Assembly: GCA_017454005.1 (NCBI GenBank)
Contig: JAFTDU010000007.1
Coordinates: forward strand, 19,522-83,521
Reading direction: 5' to 3'
DNA length: 64,000 nt
Source: Desulfovibrionaceae bacterium
GTDB lineage: Bacteria > Desulfobacterota > Desulfovibrionia > Desulfovibrionales > Desulfovibrionaceae
Shown: in pieces, positions 17,157-26,736 of the stretch
Layout: each line of letters begins with the position of its first letter
How positions within the stretch are numbered: the first letter of the stretch is position 1
The notes under the pieces: model-generated
The model's input: only the letters and a program-made list of their open reading frames with translations
Database searches by the model: none
What the model was told of the DNA's origin: nothing
Position numbers and translations under genes: made by a program

Positions 17157-17942
17157 TTAGAGAGGGCTTAGGCTTCTTAAAAGATTGGTAAAGAGACCGT
17201 CAATGCCAGCTATAAAATGCTGCACATGGTCTGAGATGAGAATTAAGAGAATCCCTAAAAAGAGAAACCCCACGCCAATCTTTAAGGGAAAGCCGAAATC
17301 CATAATGTGCATTTGGGGGGAGGTGCGGGCGACTAACCCCAAGGCGACCTCGATGGCAAATAAGGCGACCATTACAGGTGCTGCAATTTTTAAGGCTAAG
17401 ATAAATAATTGACAGGATAAATATTGGATTTGGTCGAGTAGAGTTTGATTAATTAAGAGATTGCCTGGAGGAACCAGTTTAAAACTTTGCGTAAAAGCTT
17501 GTAGTAAGACGAGATGCCCATCTAAGCAGAGAAAGACTAAGAGACTGACCATCCATAAAAAGAAGGCTGCAGAACCTGTTTGGTTACCAGTGAGCGGATC
17601 TGCAAAGTTAATCATGGTAAAGCCCATTTGAAAGCCTAGGAGCTCACCACCTGCTTGAATTGCCATAAAGGTAAAATTTACTGCAAGGCCAAGTACTAAG
17701 CCGATAAAAAATTCACCTAAGACCATTAAGATGAGTCCTAAAGGGTGCAGGCTAATGCCGGCTGTATTCACGGCAAGGGCTGGCCAGAGAGCTAGGGATA
17801 AAACAATCGTCATAGCTCCTTTGACTTGGATGGGGATATTATTGGTATTAAATATGGGGAGCATAAACAGTACAATACTGATACGCATAAGCATGAGTAA
17901 AAAACTAAAGAGGAGTGCAGAATCAGTATTAAAAATGTTCAT
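17157..17942 (-). CDS. fliR: Flagellar export protein FliR
   Basis: AGGELLGFQMGF, DGHL, ARTSPQMHI..GFPLKI; multiple TM segments. Confidence 0.93.
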   Translation of the reverse strand: MNIFNTDSALLFSFLLMLMRISIVLFMLPIFNTNNIPIQVKGAMTIVLSLALWPALAVNTAGISLHPLGLILMVLGEFFIGLVLGLAVNFTFMAIQAGGELLGFQMGFTMINFADPLTGNQTGSAAFFLWMVSLLVFLCLDGHLVLLQAFTQSFKLVPPGNLLINQTLLDQIQYLSCQLFILALKIAAPVMVALFAIEVALGLVARTSPQMHIMDFGFPLKIGVGFLFLGILLILISDHVQHFIAGIDGLFTNLLRSLSPL

Positions 17943-18659
17943 AAATTTTCCAAGTGCAGCAACGACACACTTTTCTGGGTGTTTAGGCGTTTAATTTTGA
18001 GCGAAAATAGAAAGATATGTATATGAGCAAAGTGACTTATAAAGAGAAATGTGCTTTTTGTTAAGAATGTATTGATGCAAGATTATCGCAAATTCTTATA
18101 GATATTGCAAGATTATCTTGTACTTGTGATTCTATTATCTATGATAACTATATAGTCTTTTATTTTAACGTAACTTAAATATGTATTTTCGAGATAGTCA
18201 TTTTTTTGCCCTTGACAAACATAAATTAAAAAATCAGGCAAATTATTTTGCAAGTTCTATTTAGGTGCACACATATACTTATATAAACGAGCATACTAAA
18301 TTAAGAGATAGGTTATAATAATTTATCTTGATAGTTTTTAGACACACTATTTAAAAAATTTTTTTTGAAATGTTGTATTATATACGCAATACTCTATTTG
18401 TAGTTATTGCAAGATTATGAACCTTAAATTCAACTTTATTTGGTACTACAAAAATTGTATATAAATATGATAATGGTTATCTGCATAGCCCTGAAAGACT
18501 GCAAAGCATATTATGAACAAAACAGAATATTTGTGTTCTATCATGATAATAATTGCATATACGCAACTCAAATATATTTTTCAAGAGTTACCATTATTTA
18601 AAGATTATTGAAATTTTTCTGCTCACTAGATGTTATGTTAACTTCTATGCGTAATTATT

Positions 18660-18974
18660 ATGTCTACAACATTAACTCGTGAGGAATTGCTTGCGGCCCT
18701 AAAAGAGCACATCCCCGCAGCTAGAGAGAATAGTGCTAAATATAAAGATGTGCTCACAACCTTATTGAACTGTATTGGCGAGGGCTTAAAACGGGATGGC
18801 TGTGTCTTAATTAGTGGTTTTGGCAAATTTGAGTGCTATCCCAAGTTGGCTAGGCGCGTGCGCAATCCCAGAACAGGTGAAGCTTTAAATTTGCCGGCCC
18901 ATAATGTGATCGTCTTTCGGGTCTCAGGGAAGTTACGGGAGGCCTTAAATTTGGAGCAAGACGAGATTTGCTAA
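18660..18974 (+). CDS. IHF/HU-family DNA-binding protein (IHF alpha-like)
   Basis: ISGFGKFE, RRVRNPRTGE, VFRVSGKLR. Confidence 0.88.
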   Translation: MSTTLTREELLAALKEHIPAARENSAKYKDVLTTLLNCIGEGLKRDGCVLISGFGKFECYPKLARRVRNPRTGEALNLPAHNVIVFRVSGKLREALNLEQDEIC

Positions 18975-19077
18975 TTTTTTGTAGCACAACTTAGGCGCAT
19001 TGTGGAAGAATCGGCCTAATGAAGCAAGCTGGCTGTATTTCTTTAAAATGTGCCACTAATGCTTAACGGGTTGTCTT

Positions 19078-20562
19078 GTGCTGTTTAATTCCTATGCGTT
19101 TTTATTATGTTTTTTGCCGCTAGTTTTACTTGTGACTAATGTGGCGGCAGCCATGGGCCCCAAGCGCCAAGCCCTATGTGTGCTGGCCGCTTCCCTTGTT
19201 TTTTATGCCTCCTGGGATCTGCAAGCACTAGTGCTGTTAGTGGGGATGGTTGTAATTAACTATGCTTTTGCGACAACCATGGCACGGCTTGAGTTAGGCG
19301 GTAAAGCCCGCAAACGGCTTTTAGCCTTAGCTATTGTCTGTAATCTTTTACCCTTGCTCTGGTTTAAGTACGCGGGCTTCTTAATAGACTCTGTTGGCTT
19401 TTTACTAAGTTACAACTTTGCCTTTAGTCCTCCGCCTCTACCTGCAGGGATCTCCTTCTATACCTTTATTCAAATCGCCTGGCTTGTCAGTGTGGCACAC
19501 GGGGTGAATCAGCCTGCAGGAGTCGGTCAGCATCTTACATTTTCGACCTGTTTCCCCTATATCCTCTCAGGACCCATTGTACGCTATGAGCACATAGGCC
19601 CCCAATTGGCCGCTTTAAGGCAGCCATCGCTCAATATGTTGGCCTTGGGTTTAAGTCTTTTAATTGTAGGTTTAGCTAAAAAGGTTATTTTAGCAGATAG
19701 CCTAGCCCCTTATGCCAATAGTGTGTTCAATGCTGCGGAAAAAGGTTGGCCCTTGACAGGGGCTGAAGCCTGGCTTGGATCCCTCTGTTATTCAATGCAA
19801 CTCTACTTTGATTTTTCAGGCTATACAGACATGGCCATAGGGATCGGCTTAATGTTAGGCTTGAGACTCCCTGAAAACTTTATTTCTCCCTATAAATCTA
19901 CAGGTATTGTTGAGTTTTGGCGCAGATGGCACATTACCTTAGGCTTATGGTTGCGGGATTTTTTATATATCCCCTTAGGTGGCAATCGCAAGGGCAGACT
20001 GTGTCAATATCGTAATTTATTTTTAACGATGCTCATAGGTGGCGCTTGGCATGGTGCTGGGGTGACCTTTATTATTTGGGGCGCTCTCCATGGGCTTATG
20101 CTCTGTATTAACCACTTTTTTAGGGCACAGATTAAAGATACTAAGCTTGCAAAAGTTTTACAGCTTTTACCTTTCCGTATAATTTTTATTATTATTACCT
20201 TCTTTTGTTTGAATCTCTGCTGGGTCGTATTTAGGTGCAATACCTTGCAGGGTGCTCTAAATATGTATACTACCATGTTTAGTGGCAGCTTCTATAGTTT
20301 GCCAATTGCTAATACTCTCCAAGGATTTTTACCACACCATTATTTTAATGATTACTTGGGACTAGGCTTATTGCTCATCTCTTTATTTATAGTCTTTGCA
20401 TTGCCATGTACCCATGAAATCTTTAATCAACGTGAAGATGCGCCCAAATGTTGGTTACAGTTTAGGTTTAGTAAGGCTTGGGCTTGGGCACTTTGTGCAA
20501 GTTTGCTTGTGACGTTGCTTTTGTTGTCACGTGCCTCGACCTTTTTGTATTTTCAGTTTTAG
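19078..20562 (+). CDS. MBOAT O-acyltransferase (AlgI/PatA-like)
   Basis: MLFNS, GISFYTF, GPIVR, YFDFSGYTDMAIG, FWRRWHITL, GAWHGA, FLYFQF. Confidence 0.93.
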   Translation: MLFNSYAFLLCFLPLVLLVTNVAAAMGPKRQALCVLAASLVFYASWDLQALVLLVGMVVINYAFATTMARLELGGKARKRLLALAIVCNLLPLLWFKYAGFLIDSVGFLLSYNFAFSPPPLPAGISFYTFIQIAWLVSVAHGVNQPAGVGQHLTFSTCFPYILSGPIVRYEHIGPQLAALRQPSLNMLALGLSLLIVGLAKKVILADSLAPYANSVFNAAEKGWPLTGAEAWLGSLCYSMQLYFDFSGYTDMAIGIGLMLGLRLPENFISPYKSTGIVEFWRRWHITLGLWLRDFLYIPLGGNRKGRLCQYRNLFLTMLIGGAWHGAGVTFIIWGALHGLMLCINHFFRAQIKDTKLAKVLQLLPFRIIFIIITFFCLNLCWVVFRCNTLQGALNMYTTMFSGSFYSLPIANTLQGFLPHHYFNDYLGLGLLLISLFIVFALPCTHEIFNQREDAPKCWLQFRFSKAWAWALCASLLVTLLLLSRASTFLYFQF

Positions 20563-20570
20563 GAGGGGAC

Positions 20571-21812
20571 ATGGCGTGGATCAAGAAGAGCTGGGCCCAA
20601 AGTCCGCTAGCCTTTCTAAGTTATGGCAGTAAGATCATGGGCATATCGTTACTGGTCTTACTGTTTCTTGTGCTGCCCTATTCGTGGGTTTGGGTGTATT
20701 TATCTGGAGACGTAGGGGTGGAACGCGCAGTTGCCTTACAGGCAGACGGCGAGAATGTGCTCTTTGGCTCAGGTGTGTCACAAGATTTTGTGGACTATAA
20801 GTTGCAACTCTATACACAAGTCAAACCCAAGATCGTTGCCCTTGGTTCCTCACGCGTGATGCAGTTTCGTGGCGCATATTTTACGGCACCTTTCTTAAAT
20901 ATGGGGGGAGTTGCAGGTAATATTCCTGTGTTACGTTCAACCCTTGAGGCTATGCTCAAGGTGCATAAACCAGAAGCAATCATTTTAGGCTTGGATTTTT
21001 GGTGGTTTATGCCCACCTGGAATCCGGATCCCTTTATGGAAGAACCGCCAACAAGTGGCTCCTATGTATATAGCTTAGAAACTTTAAAAAAGCCTTGGGT
21101 ATGGTTGTTGACAGGCAAAATCAGTGGTCGGGATCTCGCAGCACCCTTATTGCAGCTGTTTGGTTTGGGCTTTCGCGCTAATCGCTTGGGAATTATGGCC
21201 CAACAGACAGATGATGGTTTTGCCAAGGATGGTTCGTGGTATTATACAGCCGAGCTTACAGGGCAAAAACGGCCTTTTGATTTTCAATTTGAAGATACCT
21301 TTACGCAGATTGAATATGGCATGAAGGCTTTTTATCATGTGCAGAGTACCATGGCACCTCATGAGACCCATTTAGCTGCTTTAAGTGAAATCTATTGTCG
21401 CTTGCAAGCTTTAGGCATTAAAACTTATGTTTTCTTGCCGCCCTTAGCAGAACGCATCTTTTTGCGGCTGCAAAAGCTGGAAGATAAGTATCCCCATCTC
21501 TTTACTTTGGCACAGGCCTTAAAAGCCCGCGGTATACAGGTGCTTGATTTAAGTGATCCCAGAAAACTTGCCAGTGGCGATTGCGAATTTGTGGATGGGT
21601 TTCACGGAGGTGAGGTCACCTACATGCGCATTTTGCGCCATTTGGCAGATCAATGGGCAAGCCTTGTACAGTATGTGGATATGACGGCCTTAAATAAAGC
21701 CATTCGCGAGTGGAAAGGGCATGCCATGAGTTTTGATACAAATATCACAAGTGTAGGTGAAGTTGACTTTATGGAGTGGGGCTGCCCCAAAAAGCCTGGA
21801 AGAGGGCTGTAA
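20571..21812 (+). CDS. Membrane-anchored MBOAT partner (SGNH/DltD/AlgJ-like)
   Basis: AGGAGG RBS, N-terminal TM, LGSSR and DGFH motifs, directly after the MBOAT gene. Confidence 0.6.
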   Translation: MAWIKKSWAQSPLAFLSYGSKIMGISLLVLLFLVLPYSWVWVYLSGDVGVERAVALQADGENVLFGSGVSQDFVDYKLQLYTQVKPKIVALGSSRVMQFRGAYFTAPFLNMGGVAGNIPVLRSTLEAMLKVHKPEAIILGLDFWWFMPTWNPDPFMEEPPTSGSYVYSLETLKKPWVWLLTGKISGRDLAAPLLQLFGLGFRANRLGIMAQQTDDGFAKDGSWYYTAELTGQKRPFDFQFEDTFTQIEYGMKAFYHVQSTMAPHETHLAALSEIYCRLQALGIKTYVFLPPLAERIFLRLQKLEDKYPHLFTLAQALKARGIQVLDLSDPRKLASGDCEFVDGFHGGEVTYMRILRHLADQWASLVQYVDMTALNKAIREWKGHAMSFDTNITSVGEVDFMEWGCPKKPGRGL

Positions 21813-21900
21813 ATAGAAAGATATAGATGTTGATGTTATGAGTAGTCTTTTAAGTGCCAAGGTTTTGTTATTCTTTAGTTGGAGGCTCAAGTATTCTTAC

Positions 21901-23061
21901 ATGCATCGTTTTGTTGTTTTCTTAAGTTGCATTGTCTTTATGTTGTTTGTGGGAAGTCTCTTTGTGCATGAAGAGACCTTGGCCGCCAAAGTGGTTCAAG
22001 GCAAAAAAGGGCAAGAGAAACAGCCGCCAGCACCTCTAGAAGACAAGCCTAAAGCGTCGCCCATAACACCTGCCGAAGAAGCTGCCAAAGCTTTTACTAA
22101 AGGGGATTACGTTAAGGCACGTGAGATCTGGCAAAAAATGGCTGATAGCGAAGATGCCTATGCCATGAATAATCTTGGCATTATTTATGACAGGGGCTTA
22201 GGGGTACCGGTTGATTTGGGTCGCGCCCTCTTTTGGTTTGGCAAATCTGCCCAAGCTGGCAATCCTCAAGGCATGAGTAATTATGGTTGGATGCTGGATC
22301 AGGGGCGAGGGATTGCACCAAATCCCCAAGAGGCAGCCAGGTGGTATGATAAAAGTGCCCGCATGGGGCAGGCTGAGGCCCAATATAATATTGGACTTAT
22401 GTATGAAAGAGGGCGCGGTGTACCCAAAGATCTAGCAAGTGCTGCAGCCTGGTATAGTCAAGCTGCCAGTCAACAGCAGACCGAGGCCTTAGCAAGGCTA
22501 GGTCATCTCTACCTTGAAGGCTTAGGGGTGCCAAAAGATGCTGCCAAAGCCTGTCTCTTGCTATATGCTGCTACCATGAATGGTAGCCAAGAAGCTATGC
22601 GGGAATTAGAAGCCTTAGCGCCCAAAGATGCATCCTCTAAAGGTATTGCCTTATTTGGGCAGCGTATGGATCAAACCAATCGCCGTACCATGCGGGAAGT
22701 GTTGCAAAAGTCTAATGTTCCAGGGATCAGGGTGCAAGATGACTTTATCTGCGACCTTTATGATGTCAGAAAGGCTGTGCCTGGAGCTGGGCAGATGACT
22801 GTATGTTATGGCAAGGCCCCTGAAGCACCATTAGCTTTTTTAAAAATTGACTATGCTGCACCCAGTAAAGAGTTTGCAAAAAAGCTCCAAGAGATGGTTG
22901 AAGGGCGTTTTGGTCCTGTCAGTGCCAGGGAGAGTGAGGAGTCAAGTCTTTGGAATATGGGTACATGTGTCATTGCGACTCAATATGTGCCTGCAAGTAA
23001 CCAGCTAAGCTTAATGTATATGGTACCCAGGGTCTATCATCAAACCAAAGTTACTCAATAA
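21901..23061 (+). CDS. Sel1-like repeat protein
   Basis: Repeated A.NNLG..Y..G.GV..D...A..W...A units after a signal/TM segment. Confidence 0.88.
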   Translation: MHRFVVFLSCIVFMLFVGSLFVHEETLAAKVVQGKKGQEKQPPAPLEDKPKASPITPAEEAAKAFTKGDYVKAREIWQKMADSEDAYAMNNLGIIYDRGLGVPVDLGRALFWFGKSAQAGNPQGMSNYGWMLDQGRGIAPNPQEAARWYDKSARMGQAEAQYNIGLMYERGRGVPKDLASAAAWYSQAASQQQTEALARLGHLYLEGLGVPKDAAKACLLLYAATMNGSQEAMRELEALAPKDASSKGIALFGQRMDQTNRRTMREVLQKSNVPGIRVQDDFICDLYDVRKAVPGAGQMTVCYGKAPEAPLAFLKIDYAAPSKEFAKKLQEMVEGRFGPVSARESEESSLWNMGTCVIATQYVPASNQLSLMYMVPRVYHQTKVTQ

Positions 23062-23064
23062 GAG

Positions 23065-24387
23065 ATGATGCCGTATAAACTTCCACCACTTTGGAGTGAT
23101 TTGCATGACCTGGGCCGCAGAGGTGTTGGCTGGTTATTGATAGATGCCCTTCTCACAGGTCTCTTAGCAGGGCTTGTGATTGGCATCTTTCGTTTGCTCT
23201 ACACATATATTTGTGCAGCCTTAATAGATTTACGGCTGACTTATAGTGACTGGACACTTGAGACAAGTATTATTTTAAGCGTCTTTTTAACTTGCTGTGC
23301 TTTTTTCAGTTTTAGCTTGTTACGCTTGGAGCCCTTAATTAGTGGGAGTGGTATCCCGCAAGTTGAGCTCATGCTGCAGGGGAAGATCCCTTTAATGAGC
23401 TTTGGGCGCGTCTTAGTGTGTAAATTTTGGGGGACACTGATATCTTTAATTTCTGGCCTCTCCTTGGGGCGTGAGGGCCCATGTATTATGATGGGTGCAT
23501 CTCTTGGTCTTGGAGTTGGCAAGACCTTGCACAAAGAAAGCCAAGGAGGTTGGGCTAGATTTTTAATTGGCGGAAGTGTGGCAGGAATGACTGCAGCCTT
23601 TGGTGCACCCCTTGCAGGCCTTTTTTTTGCCTTTGAAGAGATGCGCTGTGTGATCACAGGAGCCATGTTATTCTTTTGTCTTGTGGCAGCAACTGCTGCT
23701 TATATTATGGTGCATTATATTCTTGGGATAGGTCTTGTCTTTCCCTTGAGTGCCCTTGACCCCTTAGAGTTAGATGAGCTCTTTATCGTTCCCTTGATAG
23801 GGCTTGCAGCGGGTCTCCTAAGCATTCTTTATAACAAGATCCTTTATGGCTTAACAGTCTTTGAGGATCATTTGCGTCTCCCACAAAGCATCCGTGTCTT
23901 TTTGCCTTTTGTTTTAACTTTCTTCTTATTTTGGCTCTACCCATTCGTATTAACAACCTTTGGCGTACAAGTGTTGGCTCTTGAAGGATGTAAACTGACT
24001 CTTATTGGCCTTGGGCTTCTTTTATGTTTTAAAATTTGTTTTTCAGGCTTAAGTTTTGCATCAGGGGTTTCGGGTGGCTTATTGATGCCTATGCTTTGCG
24101 CAGGTGCCATATTTGGAGCCCTTGTGGTTAAAGGGTGCCTTATCTTGAATCTGATCGGTCTGCATCAAGAGGGAGTCATCTTAGCCTTAGGCATGGTTGG
24201 CTTATTTGCAGGTACAGTTAGAGCCCCTTTGACTGGGAGCTTTTTAGTGTGGGAGATGACAGGTTTTGGGCCGAATATTTTCTGTTTACTTTTATGTGCG
24301 CTTTGTGCCTGCTTGATCTGTAATTTCTTTAAGGTTGCGCCGATCTATGAGAGTTTAAAGGAGCGGCTTTTACAAAAGTCCGCCTAG
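23065..24387 (+). CDS. ClC-family H+/Cl- antiporter
   Basis: GSGIPQ, GREGP, GGLLMP and PIYE signatures. Confidence 0.92.
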   Translation: MMPYKLPPLWSDLHDLGRRGVGWLLIDALLTGLLAGLVIGIFRLLYTYICAALIDLRLTYSDWTLETSIILSVFLTCCAFFSFSLLRLEPLISGSGIPQVELMLQGKIPLMSFGRVLVCKFWGTLISLISGLSLGREGPCIMMGASLGLGVGKTLHKESQGGWARFLIGGSVAGMTAAFGAPLAGLFFAFEEMRCVITGAMLFFCLVAATAAYIMVHYILGIGLVFPLSALDPLELDELFIVPLIGLAAGLLSILYNKILYGLTVFEDHLRLPQSIRVFLPFVLTFFLFWLYPFVLTTFGVQVLALEGCKLTLIGLGLLLCFKICFSGLSFASGVSGGLLMPMLCAGAIFGALVVKGCLILNLIGLHQEGVILALGMVGLFAGTVRAPLTGSFLVWEMTGFGPNIFCLLLCALCACLICNFFKVAPIYESLKERLLQKSA

Positions 24388-24708
24388 CTTGCGTTGTTGC
24401 GTTGTTGCGGTTGGCATTTTTTGTGGCCAGGCACGCATGCAGCGCTATCAAAGGCAAGACTTAAATCATGAGAGTACGAGAGTTAAATTATGCAGGTAAT
24501 CTCATAAAACTCTTAGAAAAACTATAGAGATTTAAGGAAAGATAATTATATTATTTTCTCTAGAAGAAATCAGAGATTTTTAATTATGTTATGATAGACT
24601 TGAAAATTTCTTAAAAAGCACTTTTTCGTTCACCAAGCATATATTTTTTATCTTATTTATGAAGGAGGGGCGGCTCACGACCCATTTGGGGTGTGCCGTA
24701 AACTTTTT

Positions 24709-25974
24709 ATGACACGCAAGGATCGTACTGAGGGCATCTATAGTCGGCGTGAGGTCTTAGATGACGGAGAACGCAGGCAATATTGCTTAATCCAACTCAA
24801 AGATCTGCTTACTTATGCCTACCGTTATTCCGAAGATGTCAAGAAACGTTTTGATCGGGCACAATTTAATGTGGACAAATTTAAAAGTTTGTCTGACATT
24901 AAGCATATCCCGATTTTAAAAAAGAAAGAACTCATCTTCTTACAATCCATGGGACCGCGTTTGGGGGGCTTGTTAACCCGCGATATCGGCGAATTACGGC
25001 GCATTTTTCTCTCCCCAGGTCCTATTTTTGATCCTGAAGACCGTACGGAAGATTATTGGGGCTATACCGAGGCTTTTTATTCTGTAGGTTTTCGCCCAGG
25101 CGATTGTGTGCAAAATACCTTCAACTATCAATTAGGGCCTGCAGGCTTCATGTTTGAAGAACCTTTGCGCAATCTGGGCTGTGCTGTCATACCTTCTGGT
25201 CCAACCGATGCCGCGACCCAACTTGATATTTTGCAGAAGTTGCGTGTGTCAGGTTATGTGGGAACACCAAGTTTCTTGATGCACTTAGCAAGGAAAGCTG
25301 AAGAAAAAGGCATTAATTTACGCAAAGAATTATTTTTAGAAGTTGCCTTTGTGACAAGTGAGCGATTATCAGAAAAGATGCGTTCCCAGCTTGAAAAGAA
25401 ATTTGATATTATTTTACGTCAAGGCTATGGGACAGCAGATGTGGGCTGCATTGGTTATGAATGTTTTCATAAGTGTGGTTTACATATTGCAAACCGCTGT
25501 TTGGTAGAAATTTGTCATCCAGATACGGGGATCCCATTAAAAGATGGGGAAGTTGGCGAAATTGTTGTCACAGCGTTCAATAAAACCTATCCCTTAATTC
25601 GTTTAGCCACAGGGGATTTGTCCTACATTGACCGCAGTCCTTGTGCTTGTGGGCGCACAAGTCCGCGGCTTGGTAGCATTGTTGGACGCGTAGATACCAC
25701 AGCCCGTATTATGGGCATGTTTGTCTATCCCCATCAGGTGGAACAGGTCATGAGCCGCTTTGAAGAAATCAAACGCTGGCAGATTGAAGTGACCAATCCT
25801 GACGGCATTGATGAAATGACGCTCTACATTGAAGCCACAGATTTTAAGCGCCAAGATGAGTTGCTTCATCAATTTAGAGAAAAGATTAAATTACGGCCGA
25901 CCTTATATATTAAGACGCCAGGAAGTCTTCCTGCGCAAATTCAACCCATTAGTGATAAAAGAAAATGGGATTAA
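24709..25974 (+). CDS. Phenylacetate-CoA ligase family protein (divergent paralog)
   Basis: GTPSFL, QGYGTADVG, GEVGEIVVT, YPLIRLATGD, CACGRT. The P-loop is replaced by SPGPIFD. Confidence 0.8.
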   Translation: MTRKDRTEGIYSRREVLDDGERRQYCLIQLKDLLTYAYRYSEDVKKRFDRAQFNVDKFKSLSDIKHIPILKKKELIFLQSMGPRLGGLLTRDIGELRRIFLSPGPIFDPEDRTEDYWGYTEAFYSVGFRPGDCVQNTFNYQLGPAGFMFEEPLRNLGCAVIPSGPTDAATQLDILQKLRVSGYVGTPSFLMHLARKAEEKGINLRKELFLEVAFVTSERLSEKMRSQLEKKFDIILRQGYGTADVGCIGYECFHKCGLHIANRCLVEICHPDTGIPLKDGEVGEIVVTAFNKTYPLIRLATGDLSYIDRSPCACGRTSPRLGSIVGRVDTTARIMGMFVYPHQVEQVMSRFEEIKRWQIEVTNPDGIDEMTLYIEATDFKRQDELLHQFREKIKLRPTLYIKTPGSLPAQIQPISDKRKWD

Positions 25975-25989
25975 TTTGAGGGGGGTTAA

Positions 25990-26379
25990 ATGCAGGCAGT
26001 AGCAGAGTGGGAGAGCTTTTTAGCGTGGCTCATTTCCCGTCACAAAGAGATTAAGATGGCTGAGGACAAGGCCAAAGAGATGCTAGAATCAAATGATCCT
26101 GTAGGTTATAGGGCGCATTTGCAAAAGAAAGCAGAACTTGTGGCAGATCTTTTAAAAGATAGTAAACCTTATGTTGTTGCCTTAGAACCTGATCTTAAGG
26201 ATAAGGTTACAGGCATCTTAAAACCTTTTGCCATGAGTGCTGCCTATGGCTTATCCCTAGGTTCCCCCTTTTATTGGTCAGCGCTGTTGTACCGTGATGA
26301 TCATGGCAAGGACGAACCTGATAATTTGCAGTGTGTGATTACGAAGATGCAAGATGAGGGCCCTGATTTTGTTGTTTAA
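25990..26379 (+). CDS. Conserved hypothetical protein
   Basis: GAGGGGG RBS, operonic position. Confidence 0.7.
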   Translation: MQAVAEWESFLAWLISRHKEIKMAEDKAKEMLESNDPVGYRAHLQKKAELVADLLKDSKPYVVALEPDLKDKVTGILKPFAMSAAYGLSLGSPFYWSALLYRDDHGKDEPDNLQCVITKMQDEGPDFVV

Positions 26380-26388
26380 AGTTTAAAG

Positions 26389-26697
26389 ATGAAAGATTTA
26401 GAGGATATGATGCAAAAAGTATGGTTAGTGCTTGTGTGTCTTGTGGGACTTGGTTTTAGTACAAGTGCCGGGGCTGCAGAAGATCGCTTTGCCAGTGCTG
26501 ATCTTAATCATGATAGTTTGATGAACAAGGAAGAGTTTCAAAAAGCCTTTCCTGAGATTACAGCTGAAGCCTTTCAAATGATTGATACCAACAAGGATCA
26601 AGTTATTGATCGCACAGAATGGCAGAATTTTCGGGGCGGGCACCAAGGGATGATGCAAGAAAACAAGCGCCCTTTAATTGAAGCACCTGCAAAATAG
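26389..26697 (+). CDS. Secreted EF-hand protein
   Basis: Signal peptide; DLNHDSLMNKEE and DTNKDQVIDRTE loops. Confidence 0.8.
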   Translation: MKDLEDMMQKVWLVLVCLVGLGFSTSAGAAEDRFASADLNHDSLMNKEEFQKAFPEITAEAFQMIDTNKDQVIDRTEWQNFRGGHQGMMQENKRPLIEAPAK

Positions 26698-26736
26698 GGC
26701 TTGGCAAAGTAATTTAAGATTAAGCAGAGGCAAGAT

